This document shows, in pieces, positions 48,696 to 57,685 of a stretch of 64,000 bases of DNA; the first letter of the stretch is position 1; every line of letters begins with the position of its first letter. The stretch is from an uncultured Ruminococcus sp. (GTDB taxonomy: Bacteria; Bacillota; Clostridia; Oscillospirales; CAG-382). The position numbers and the translations under genes are program-made. Where the stretch lies: positions 571 through 64,570 of the forward strand of contig CAZJVB010000007.1 of the NCBI GenBank assembly GCA_964549435.1. The letters run 5' to 3'. The notes beneath the pieces were generated by a model. It had not been told where the DNA came from and searched no databases. It worked only from the letters and a program-made list of their open reading frames with translations.

Positions 48696-50795
48696 ATGTT
48701 TGAACACTACAAAAAATTTGAGTATACGCTTGCCGGCAGACCGCTTGTCATCGAAACCGGCAAGATGGCTCAGCTTGCCAATGGCTCCTGTATGGTTCGT
48801 TACGGCGACACTGCGGTTCTCTGTACTGCGACCGCTTCCGCCGCGCCGAGAGACGGCATTGACTTCCTCCCCCTCTCCGTGGACTACGAGGAAAAACTTT
48901 ACTCCGTCGGCAAAATTCCGGGAAGCTGGAACCGCCGGGAAGGCAGACCGACAGAGCATGCCATCCTTTCCTCCCGCGTCATTGACCGCCCGATCCGGCC
49001 GCTGTTCCCGAAGGATCTGCGCAACGATATAGTTCTTTCGCTGACCGTAATGTCGGTGGATCAGGATTGCTCCCCGGAAATTGCCGCCATGATCGGCGCT
49101 TCCATCGCGCTCACCATTTCCGATATTCCTTGGAACGGTCCGATTGGCGGTGTATTCGTCGGCTTGGTTGACGGTGAACTTATCGTCAATCCGACCGAAG
49201 CACAGCGCGAAAAGAGCGAACTGCAGCTGACTGTTGCCGGTTCTGCACAAAAGGTCGTTATGATCGAAGCAGGCGCTAACGAGGTAGACGATCAGGTCAT
49301 GTTCGAAGCGATCATGAAAGCACATGAGGAAATCAAAGGCGTCGTCTCGTTTATCGAATCTATACGCGCAGAAATCGGCAAGCCAAAGTTCGCTTACGAG
49401 TCCTGTGTTGTGGATCCGGCAATGTTCGACAGAATTGAAGCGCTGGTCTCCGAGGAGGTCAAGGCGGCACTGGATACAGACGACAAAAAGGTCCGTGATG
49501 CACGTCTGCAACCGATTTACCAGCGGGTTTATGACGAACTGGAGGAGGAGTATCCCGACAGCAAGCCGATGATCAACGAATGCCTTTACAAGCTGCAGAA
49601 AAAGATCGTCCGTCACTGGCTGCTGACTGAGCAGAAGCGTGTAGACGGTCGGAGAATGGATCAGATCCGACCGCTGGCGGCAGAAGTTTCCCTCCTGCCC
49701 CGTGTCCACGGCTCCGGCATGTTTACCAGAGGACAGACGCAGGTTCTGACTACCTGCACATTGGCACCGATGAGCGAGGTGCAGATGCTGGACGGCATTG
49801 ATATTGAAGAAACCAAGCGCTATATGCATCACTATAATATGCCCGGCTTCTCAGTCGGCGAAGCAAAGGCTTCCCGCGGAGCGGGCAGAAGAGAAATCGG
49901 TCACGGTGCGCTTGCAGAACGCTCCCTGCTGCCGGTACTTCCCTCCGTAGAGGAATTCCCCTATGCGATCCGCTGTGTTTCGGAGGTCATTTCCTCCAAC
50001 GGATCCACATCACAGGCATCCGTCTGCGGCTCCACGCTGGCGCTGATGGACGCGGGTGTACCGATCAAATCTCCCGTAGCAGGAATCTCCTGCGGTCTGA
50101 TTACGGAAGGCGAACGCTGGATGACCATGATCGATATTCAGGGGCTGGAAGATTTCTTCGGTGACATGGATTTCAAGGTTGCAGGCACCAAAAAGGGAAT
50201 TACGTCTATTCAGATGGATCTGAAAATTGACGGTCTGACGCCGGAGATTATTAAATCCGCCTTTGAAGTAACTAAAAAAGGTCGCTTCTTTATCATTGAC
50301 GAATATCTGCTCAAGACATTGCCTACTCCTCGTGAGGATGTTTCCCGATATGCGCCTAAGATGATTACCACCAAGATTGACCCGGACAAGATCCGCGAGG
50401 TCATCGGTTCCGGCGGAAAAGTCATTCAGAAGATCTGTGCAGACACCAATTGCAAGATTGATATCGAGGATGACGGCTCCATCTTCATCGCGGCGGTCAA
50501 TAAGGACGACGGATACCGTGCACTCGCCATCATCGATGCGATTGCAAAGGACCCTGAACCGGGTACCATCTTTATGGGCACGGTAACCCGTCTGATGAAC
50601 TTTGGCGCTTTCGTAGAAATAGCGCCCGGCAAGGAAGGATTGGTTCACATTTCCCAGTTAGACAAAAAGCGTGTTGCCAAAGTGGAAGATGTCGTTTCCG
50701 TCGGTGATCAAATCAAGGTTATGGTAACCGAAATTGATGAGAAAGGTCGTTTAAATCTCTCTCGCAGAGACGCACTCGCCGCGACCGAACCGTAA
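48696..50795 (+). CDS. pnp: polyribonucleotide nucleotidyltransferase (PNPase)
   Basis: Two RNase PH-like domains, KH (IGSGGKVIQKI) and S1 (GAFVEIAPGKEGLVHISQL). Confidence 0.93.
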   Translation: MFEHYKKFEYTLAGRPLVIETGKMAQLANGSCMVRYGDTAVLCTATASAAPRDGIDFLPLSVDYEEKLYSVGKIPGSWNRREGRPTEHAILSSRVIDRPIRPLFPKDLRNDIVLSLTVMSVDQDCSPEIAAMIGASIALTISDIPWNGPIGGVFVGLVDGELIVNPTEAQREKSELQLTVAGSAQKVVMIEAGANEVDDQVMFEAIMKAHEEIKGVVSFIESIRAEIGKPKFAYESCVVDPAMFDRIEALVSEEVKAALDTDDKKVRDARLQPIYQRVYDELEEEYPDSKPMINECLYKLQKKIVRHWLLTEQKRVDGRRMDQIRPLAAEVSLLPRVHGSGMFTRGQTQVLTTCTLAPMSEVQMLDGIDIEETKRYMHHYNMPGFSVGEAKASRGAGRREIGHGALAERSLLPVLPSVEEFPYAIRCVSEVISSNGSTSQASVCGSTLALMDAGVPIKSPVAGISCGLITEGERWMTMIDIQGLEDFFGDMDFKVAGTKKGITSIQMDLKIDGLTPEIIKSAFEVTKKGRFFIIDEYLLKTLPTPREDVSRYAPKMITTKIDPDKIREVIGSGGKVIQKICADTNCKIDIEDDGSIFIAAVNKDDGYRALAIIDAIAKDPEPGTIFMGTVTRLMNFGAFVEIAPGKEGLVHISQLDKKRVAKVEDVVSVGDQIKVMVTEIDEKGRLNLSRRDALAATEP

Positions 50796-50813
50796 AAATT
50801 CATTTCAAAAACA

Positions 50814-50862
50814 AAGACAACCCTGCACACCGAACGGAACTGCACGGTTGTCTTTTCTTTTT
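50814..50862 (+). terminator. rho-independent terminator after pnp
   Basis: AAGACAACC-(23-nt loop with inner CCG-AA-CGG)-GGTTGTCTT followed by TTCTTTTT. Confidence 0.55.
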
Positions 50863-51183
50863 CCTGTCTGCAGCATACGATGACCACCGTCGCCGTCGTA
50901 TTCGGTGCACTTTTGAAGGGAAGCCCGAAAGGATTTACCTCCGTAGAAGAAATCCCGGTCAGAAGCTGCCGTCAATATGCGAATCTGTCCAACCTACACA
51001 TATCGCAGGATGCCCGCCGGCAGAGCATCGGCAGCCAAGCGATTCCTCCATGCAAAAGCAGTCATCTACCGAAAAGCTATCGCCTGCAATAGAAGGGCAG
51101 GACTTTTATCGCGCGAAGGAGTACGCAGGAGCGGAAGAATCGCAGAAACATATGGAGCCTGCCAAATTGGAATGCAACGCAGA

Positions 51184-52458
51184 TTAGTATCCGTACCGCC
51201 TGCGCTCTGCGATGAGAAAGGATACGGAAACAAACGCGGACAGCAACTCCGTCAGCGGAACCGCAAGCCAGACACCGTTTAGTTCCAATGCCTCCGGCAG
51301 AATCAGCAGCGAAGCGGTTTGCAGCAGCAAAGTGCGCAAAAAGGAAATCAAAGCAGAAATTTTGCCGTTGCAAAGAGCGGTAAAAAAGGCGGAAGAAAAG
51401 ATATTCAGACCGGAAAGCAGGAAGGATAGCGCATACAGCCGGAAGCCATGAACCGCCATCTCCCGCAGGCCGCTTTGCTCACTGAGGAAAATACCCACTA
51501 ACGGTCCGGCAAACCCTTCCGCCAGCGCTGCCATGGCAATAGAAACCACCGCTACAACCACCATACACTTTTGAAAAACATGGTGCAGTTCCTCACGATT
51601 GCGCGCGCCGTAATGAAACCCAAGGACCGGCGCAACGCCGATCGAAAAACCGATCAAAATAGCGAGAAAAACAAAGCCGAGGTATATAATCGCCGTAATT
51701 GCGGAGACACCATCCGAGCCGACCAGACGCAGCATCTGGCGGTTGAACAGAAAGGTCACGATCGCCATGGAAATGTTGGAAACCATTTCCGACGATCCAT
51801 TGGCACAGCTTGCCGCGAGCATACGAAAATGCGGAGATGTATGCGTTAGCCGAAGCAGGCTGCCATTCGGAAAGGCAAAATAGAGCAGCGGGAGAAAACC
51901 GCCGACGCAGAACCCCGCAACCGTTGCCGCGGCAGCCCCCGCAATGCCCCAACCGAGCACCGCAATAAACAGCCAATCCAAAAGGCTGTTCACCAAGCCA
52001 GAAGCAATCGTCAGCACCAAACCTAATTTCGGCTTTTCCGCCACTACAAAAAAGGAATGGAAGGTCGTCTGCAGCATAAAAGCAACTAAGCCGACTGACA
52101 GAATGATTCCATAGGTCGTGCAGTTTTCGATCAGTTCCTCATTTGCCCCTAACAAAAAGGAAAGCGGGCGGATAAAGGCAATACAAAGCGCAGACAACAC
52201 CGCACCGACCAATATTATGGTCAGAATCAGCGAAGTAAAATACTGCCGCGCACGGTGCGGCTCCCCTTCCCCAAGCGTACGCGCTACCTGTGCACTGCCG
52301 CCGGTGCCAAGCATAAAGCCAAAGGCTCCGACCACTGTTATCAGCGGGTAGACAATATTGATGGACGCCAGCGCACTTTCTCCAACAATATTGGAAACAA
52401 AAATGCCGTCCACCACACTATACAAGGAAGTAAAGACCATCATCACAACAGATGGCAA
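51184..52458 (-). CDS. MATE-family efflux transporter (N-terminus apparently disrupted; see finding)
   Basis: LPSVVMMVFTSLYSVVDGIFVSNIVGESALASINIVYPL... and 12-TM-like hydrophobicity. The track start is a TTG, but 21 further in-frame upstream codons (NIKQSIQLSDHFSFARLLRFT) also look like coding sequence. Confidence 0.75.
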   Translation of the reverse strand: MPSVVMMVFTSLYSVVDGIFVSNIVGESALASINIVYPLITVVGAFGFMLGTGGSAQVARTLGEGEPHRARQYFTSLILTIILVGAVLSALCIAFIRPLSFLLGANEELIENCTTYGIILSVGLVAFMLQTTFHSFFVVAEKPKLGLVLTIASGLVNSLLDWLFIAVLGWGIAGAAAATVAGFCVGGFLPLLYFAFPNGSLLRLTHTSPHFRMLAASCANGSSEMVSNISMAIVTFLFNRQMLRLVGSDGVSAITAIIYLGFVFLAILIGFSIGVAPVLGFHYGARNREELHHVFQKCMVVVAVVSIAMAALAEGFAGPLVGIFLSEQSGLREMAVHGFRLYALSFLLSGLNIFSSAFFTALCNGKISALISFLRTLLLQTASLLILPEALELNGVWLAVPLTELLSAFVSVSFLIAERRRYGY

Positions 52459-52567
52459 AGTAAAGCGAAGTAATCTTGCAAATGAAAAATGGTCCGAAAG
52501 CTGAATGCTCTGTTTGATATTTCATCCCCCCATTCCGGTGCAGAAATACTGAAATATTTTTCGTGTT

Positions 52568-52603
52568 GCCAAGAGAGCGTCCTATAAAGGACGCTCTCTT
52601 GGC
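52568..52603. other. 15-bp perfect hairpin between the glycosylase gene and the MATE gene
   Basis: GCCAAGAGAGCGTCC-TATAAA-GGACGCTCTCTTGGC. No U-tract in the minus (transcribed) direction. Confidence 0.5.
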
Positions 52604-52608
52604 AGGTT

Positions 52609-53106
52609 TCATGTCACTGCAATCACACGCCATGCTTCACACAGACGCGAAAAGGACCAAGAAGCATTCGCCGGACTGGTAGACGGAAGACAGGTCGCCT
52701 CCCGTCCAGTCAGCGGAAACTGATAACGACGGTAGCAAGCATCCGAAGTTTTTCCGTTGGTAAAGATCCGAATCTCCGGACACAGGGCAAGGATTGGTGT
52801 AAGATCATTTGGCTGTACCCCGGTGATGCTGCTGTCTGCACTGCCGGCAATCTCGCAGGAAGCGATCGTATCCCAAAGTGCTACCCCGTTATGAAGTAAC
52901 AACTGCCGCTTCTGTTCCAATGTCTGTGGCGCCGCCTCTCCGAGAACTGCCGCCAATACCTTCCAAAAACGGTTTTGCGGATGTGCGTAAAAGAACCGCT
53001 CCTCCCGCGAGCGAACCGAAGGAAAGCTTCCTAAAATCAGCACGCGGGAGAGTCTGTCGTACACCGGAGGAATCGGATGTTCCTGCCGCTGCTTCGGTTG
53101 CTCCAT
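52609..53106 (-). CDS. DNA-deoxyinosine (hypoxanthine) glycosylase, UDG superfamily
   Basis: RVLILGSFPSVRSREERFFYAHPQNRFWKVL...LWDTIASCE...LPSTSPANA matches the GSFPS...FYY-HP-N-FW pattern I recall for family-6 UDG/HDG enzymes. Confidence 0.65.
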   Translation of the reverse strand: MEQPKQRQEHPIPPVYDRLSRVLILGSFPSVRSREERFFYAHPQNRFWKVLAAVLGEAAPQTLEQKRQLLLHNGVALWDTIASCEIAGSADSSITGVQPNDLTPILALCPEIRIFTNGKTSDACYRRYQFPLTGREATCLPSTSPANASWSFSRLCEAWRVIAVT

Positions 53107-53107
53107 G

Positions 53108-56100
53108 TCAACTCACCGTAAGTAGGACTGTGCATACCTCAGACTCCCCGAGGTAATTATTATACGTATATGTGAAGGAATCCTCACCCTGATATCCTTT
53201 ATCCGGGAAGTAAAGAAAGCCTCCATCCGAAGAAAGAGAAACGATCCCATGCGCGGGTGCACCCGCCAGCGTATACAGTGCAAGCTCCCCTTCTGTTCCC
53301 AGCGTTCCGCCGAACACTGCGTCCGCTGAAGCAGAGAAAGACAGGGGTTCCCTCACCTCCGGCACCAGCTCCAGCGTCCCCTTGACAAATGCATAAGTTG
53401 CGTCATACTGCATGCGGCAGAGCGCACTGTCGCTTTGTGCCATCAGCGAAAAGTTTTGGAGATCGTCATAATAAATATGAATCGCGTCCTCCATATATCC
53501 GGTTACTGCACCATAATACAGATACAGCATATAGTTCCGAGCATACAACGGATCGGAAAGCGCTTGGTAAGTATGTTCGATTTCTACGCACATCTGCATC
53601 CGACGGGTACGGCTGGCAGTGGTAGTAAAACGATACAGAGGCTTCTCCAAATCAAATGCATAGTTCGGCTGCATAGAGATCAGATCAAAGCCGAGTTCAT
53701 ATCCGAGAAAATACCGGTTCGCCGTGTAATAGGGAATCCACAAAAGATAAGAACCGGCATCGTGAACGCAATCAGCAATTTCCTTAATAAGAACGGTATC
53801 GTCATATTCCCAAGTGACGGCTTCGTTAATCCAATAGAAACCGCCCAATTCCAAATTTTCATATCCGCGTGCGGCAAACTCTGTCTGGCAGCGGGTAAGG
53901 TACCATTCTAACACCTTACGTCGTCCCTCTGCGGTGGCAAGGCTTTCCGTCACGCTGTCGCCGTCCACATCCCCGAAATCGGTCACCGTTTCGTGCGGAT
54001 ACAGGATCGTGATATAGACCTGCACACGATATTCCGGTTGATTCAGCGCTTGCTTGACCGTACCGACAACCTCTTCCAGCCGGTCGAATCCGTTGATACC
54101 GTTGAATGTGTTATCAAAAAGGAAATCCCAGTCCGTTTTTATGCTTTCCTGATGCGGCGCGACGCCGGACGGCAACCCGCCGGTCGGACAATAGAGAAAT
54201 CCATCCATCAGTGTATCCGCGATATTGCCTTCCGCATCAAGATATGCGACCAGCGGCAGAAGAGTATTTTCATCTCCCTTCTCTCCGTATACAAGCACGA
54301 TATCCCTTGCCTGGACAGGCGTATTTTCCGTATTGGCGTACTGCTCGCTTTCCTCATTGGTATAGTAAAGCACCGGTGAAATACCACTGTCGACCAGCCG
54401 TGCAGTTTTCTCCGTCACTGCTTTGGTGCCGTATGCTTCCAGCTCGTCCAGAAACAGAAAGCCGGATTCGATACGAAAACGGACAAAACGCGCCGCATAG
54501 GCGGTTTCCAACGGAAGGTCAAAAGACATCTGCGTTGCGCCGGTATGGAGCACCTCATCACCGCGATCATATATGGCAACCGGATACCAATTTTCTGCAT
54601 CTTCGGACAGGAACACGGTAATATGTGTCGGGCGGGCGATCCCCCAATCCAGCTGCTCCAGCAGGCTCACCCGGAAAGAGGAAACGGTGGAAAGCTTTTC
54701 GAGATCGTAGAAAATATCCAGCGCACCGCCACCCCTGTGAAAGAACCATTCGCTGCCGTAGCAGTACAAATCGGAAGCAAGCTTACCATCCGTCAAAACC
54801 GTGGTATCCGCAGGCGTTTCATCCCCATGCTCCGTCATTCCCATATAGAAGGAGGCCGCGATCTGCTGCGATCTTCCCAACAGCAAATTCTGCATGTCGA
54901 GGTAATCTTCCTCCGAAGCATCCCAGAAGAGCTCCTCCGTCACGACCGGGAAAGAAACCGGCGGATATAGCTCATCGTCAGGCACCTCGTCCAAGCCGGC
55001 AAGCACTTCAATCTCTTCCAGCCAATAGTATCCCTCCGCTTCGGAAAAAGCAAAGCGCAGATACCGCGCGTGCACATATTCGGGCAGCAGGAGCGTATAT
55101 GCATAAGTATCGCAGGCCACCGGCGCATACATACGCCCAAGAAGCGTATAGGTATCCCCATCCTCGGATGCATACACATCCACTGCGTCCGGATACAGGA
55201 CGGAAGGACCGCCGCTTCCAAGCGCATACAAGCGGAAGGAATAGAGGTTCTGGCAGGACTTACCAAGATCCAGCGTTAAAGACGGCGCGTTCTCCCCGCT
55301 GATTCCAACCCACACCGGTTCTCCAAACAGCCTTCCGGTACGGGCACCGTCTGTCAACAGCGCAGCGTCTTCCGGCGCCCGATCGTCAAACAGACAATTA
55401 TCAAATTGATAAGAAGCGCCAAGGGCAACATTCTCATTAGCGACAGGAGCAGACGGCGCACCAGTGGACAATGCCCTCCAAGCAGAGCGGTCAATTGTCT
55501 CCGACTCATACGCTGCCTTAACCGTACTCTCATGCTCCGTCGCCGGTATATCCGCAAAGACCTCCAGCTCATCTACGAAAAAGAAGTAGCTGCCGCTTTT
55601 CAGCGTAACGGAAATCCGTACATATCGGAAGTCCCGCGCCTCCTCCAATTCCAGTCGGGCGCTGCTTACAGTTCGGTCGCCGGTGGAACTGAAAAATGCA
55701 CGTCCGAGTATTTCCCAATCGCTGCCGTCTGCGGAGCCATAAAAGCGCGCCGATGTAGCAAGACTGACACCGTCCTGACTCATATCCAAAGAGCGTGCGG
55801 AAACAGCGGACAAATTTTTGCCATCCTCCCCGAGATCGATATCAAAGCTACAGGTGCTCGTATAGCCAACCATACGCACATCTGTATAAGAGACACCGAC
55901 ATCCGGCGCCTTTTGCCCATCAGTCAACTGCTGTCCGAACAAGTCAGGGTATGTATCGTTTGCAGCGGTTGAAGCGGTATACGGCTTTCCGACACTAACC
56001 AGTGTATATCTCATTCCCGTTTCCCCCTCATCAATTGCTTCAGACGACGCAGAAGATGTAGTTTCCCCGCCCGTCGTGCAGGCGGAAAGCAGAAGCATTC

Positions 56101-56131
56101 CCGCGAGCAGCAGCATCAACCATTTCCTCAT
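53108..56131 (-). CDS. large lipoprotein with several discoidin-like (F5/8 type C-like) modules, a DUF4855-like central region and a C-terminal Ig/cadherin-like module
   Basis: Lipobox MLLLSAC. Repeated ...Y(V/L)R(I/F)...FVDELEVF / YWLEEIEVLA / LFLDELEAYG module ends. The central VLVYGEKGDENTLLPLVAYLD...DGFLYCPTGG...WDFLFD resembles DUF4855 as I recall it. C-terminal GAPAHGIVSLSSDGGFLYFPDKGYQGEDSFTYTY. Confidence 0.6.
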   Translation of the reverse strand: MRKWLMLLLAGMLLLSACTTGGETTSSASSEAIDEGETGMRYTLVSVGKPYTASTAANDTYPDLFGQQLTDGQKAPDVGVSYTDVRMVGYTSTCSFDIDLGEDGKNLSAVSARSLDMSQDGVSLATSARFYGSADGSDWEILGRAFFSSTGDRTVSSARLELEEARDFRYVRISVTLKSGSYFFFVDELEVFADIPATEHESTVKAAYESETIDRSAWRALSTGAPSAPVANENVALGASYQFDNCLFDDRAPEDAALLTDGARTGRLFGEPVWVGISGENAPSLTLDLGKSCQNLYSFRLYALGSGGPSVLYPDAVDVYASEDGDTYTLLGRMYAPVACDTYAYTLLLPEYVHARYLRFAFSEAEGYYWLEEIEVLAGLDEVPDDELYPPVSFPVVTEELFWDASEEDYLDMQNLLLGRSQQIAASFYMGMTEHGDETPADTTVLTDGKLASDLYCYGSEWFFHRGGGALDIFYDLEKLSTVSSFRVSLLEQLDWGIARPTHITVFLSEDAENWYPVAIYDRGDEVLHTGATQMSFDLPLETAYAARFVRFRIESGFLFLDELEAYGTKAVTEKTARLVDSGISPVLYYTNEESEQYANTENTPVQARDIVLVYGEKGDENTLLPLVAYLDAEGNIADTLMDGFLYCPTGGLPSGVAPHQESIKTDWDFLFDNTFNGINGFDRLEEVVGTVKQALNQPEYRVQVYITILYPHETVTDFGDVDGDSVTESLATAEGRRKVLEWYLTRCQTEFAARGYENLELGGFYWINEAVTWEYDDTVLIKEIADCVHDAGSYLLWIPYYTANRYFLGYELGFDLISMQPNYAFDLEKPLYRFTTTASRTRRMQMCVEIEHTYQALSDPLYARNYMLYLYYGAVTGYMEDAIHIYYDDLQNFSLMAQSDSALCRMQYDATYAFVKGTLELVPEVREPLSFSASADAVFGGTLGTEGELALYTLAGAPAHGIVSLSSDGGFLYFPDKGYQGEDSFTYTYNNYLGESEVCTVLLTVS

Positions 56132-56160
56132 ACTGTTCCCTTTCCTTTCTTTCCCGACTC

Positions 56161-57336
56161 TTATATCCGTTCCTTTTCCTGTTTGATGGTGATCGGAATA
56201 CCGTTCACCGTAAGCGTTCCTTCTGCGCGGATGATAATACTGGGCTTTCCGTCCAAAAGGCAGGTCTCTACAAGATCGCTATGCGCTGCATCTATACGAA
56301 TCGTCACATCTTCCGTGCGCAGCTCCAGTTCCCCGCTTCCCACCAGATTCTGCGGACAAAGCGCGGTTTCTCCGCCGAAGGACTCGTTGTAGTGCTGTTC
56401 AAAACCGGCAATCTTTTCTTCCGCGATGCCGCAGCTTTCCAATACACGGCTCAGCTCCGCTTTGGTTACCGGAGCAACCGGCTCCTCCCGATGCTCCTTT
56501 TGCTCCTCTACGCGAGCAAGCAGAGCATCATGTACGGTTTGCACCACTTCATAACTGCATGCCTCCTCCAAAGAATCCGAAAGCATGCCGCTGAACAACT
56601 CCTTCTGGGTATCCGCCGGCATCGGAAGCGACGTACCGAACAGAACATCCACCAGTTCCTGATGGCTGTCGGTCAGATTCCTTGTGCTGTATAACGCGCC
56701 GTAGAGGTTGGCGCAGCGATCATCGAAGGCCGGAAACAGAAACCCCAGCTCCGGCGATGCAACAACCTGGTCCGCATCCTGACTCTGGAACAGGCTGCGG
56801 AATGAATCATACCGCAGTGACGGCTTAGTCAGCTTCACCGGACAGATACAGCAGATGATATAGGAAAACATCGTTTCGGATCCGTCCTCAACCTGTTCCC
56901 CGTCTTTTCCGTAGGAAGGTACATCATATACATCATGTGCCAGCAGAATCAGATAATTTCCTTCCAGCTGTAAACTTCCGATGATGTTGGAGAAGATACG
57001 CTCCACCGCTTCCCCATCTGTCAAACCGGAGCTCCTGAGAGCAGTCAACAGGCGGTGTTCCTCCCCATTGGTCACCTGTTCATTGGTAAAGGCAATGTCT
57101 AACAGGTTTTTTCCTACCCCTCCGGACAGGGAACGGCGAAAGAGCGCGAGATATTTCTCCGCTTCCTCCTGTCCCATGGCAGGCATTGACTGGCGGAATG
57201 TTGTTACAATCTCCTTCTGTTCATTGACATAACAGCCGCAAAGGACGTCTATGGCATTTTTTTCATAACGAAACCGGCGGCGCAATTCTGCAATTTCTTT
57301 TTCAAGCATGGTCTTCCTATTCCTTTCTATATCCAC
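56161..57336 (-). CDS. DUF4317 family protein
   Basis: ...CGCYVNEQKEIVT...LALFRRSLSGGVGKNLLDIAF...ICCICPVKLTKPSLRYD...GFLFPAFDDRCANLYGALYSTRN matches the conserved blocks I recall for DUF4317. Confidence 0.6.
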   Translation of the reverse strand: MDIERNRKTMLEKEIAELRRRFRYEKNAIDVLCGCYVNEQKEIVTTFRQSMPAMGQEEAEKYLALFRRSLSGGVGKNLLDIAFTNEQVTNGEEHRLLTALRSSGLTDGEAVERIFSNIIGSLQLEGNYLILLAHDVYDVPSYGKDGEQVEDGSETMFSYIICCICPVKLTKPSLRYDSFRSLFQSQDADQVVASPELGFLFPAFDDRCANLYGALYSTRNLTDSHQELVDVLFGTSLPMPADTQKELFSGMLSDSLEEACSYEVVQTVHDALLARVEEQKEHREEPVAPVTKAELSRVLESCGIAEEKIAGFEQHYNESFGGETALCPQNLVGSGELELRTEDVTIRIDAAHSDLVETCLLDGKPSIIIRAEGTLTVNGIPITIKQEKERI

Positions 57337-57429
57337 TCAGGCGCTCCTCTTTCCGGTTCACTTAACCGAAGGTAGGTTCTGCCAAGCGTATGTTGCAGTT
57401 TACCATATTTTTATTCGGATTGCAACCAC

Positions 57430-57458
57430 TTGACAGATGTTTTTCGATGTGATAAACT
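57430..57458 (+). promoter_or_regulatory. sigma-A-like promoter (TTGACA-17-TAAACT) for the small ORF at 57497
   Basis: TTGACA at 57430-57435 and TAAACT at 57453-57458. Confidence 0.45.
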
Positions 57459-57496
57459 TCAAAAAACGACATTCTGAATAAAGCAAGGTGATTCTT

Positions 57497-57685
57497 ATGT
57501 CAAAGCTCTACATGATCCGTAAGGACTGCGAAGAAACATGGAAAGAAAAACTTTCTCCGGAAGTATACGCCCGCTTCACCGAACAAGGATTTGATATCGA
57601 CGACGTGGTGGAGCTGTCTAAGAACTGGGATATGGCGCTGCAGCTCGTACTGGATCAGACCCGCGTCATCCGCGACGACGCCTGA
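57497..57685 (+). CDS. hypothetical 62-aa protein
   Basis: MSKLYMIRKDCEETWKEKLSPEVYARFTEQGFDIDDVVELSKNWDMALQLVLDQTRVIRDDA. It has its own promoter and a GGTGA RBS. The 3' end overlaps the ygiQ 3' end by 20 nt (convergent). Confidence 0.45.
   Translation: MSKLYMIRKDCEETWKEKLSPEVYARFTEQGFDIDDVVELSKNWDMALQLVLDQTRVIRDDA

Noticed and set aside
48582-49832. A 416-aa minus-strand ORF, with a companion at 48079-48540.
   Set aside because: It is fully antisense to the unmistakable PNPase and S15 genes. The composition is low-complexity and R/C/H/Q-rich with no motifs. This is a typical shadow ORF of a GC-biased coding region.
50863-51183. A 321-bp gap between the convergent pnp and MATE genes, with track ORFs 50880-51092 and 50977-51282.
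   Set aside because: The ORFs have no RBS and no recognisable motifs, and they overlap each other. I could not find a convincing hairpin, repeat or RNA motif. It may be decayed sequence, but I cannot support any feature.
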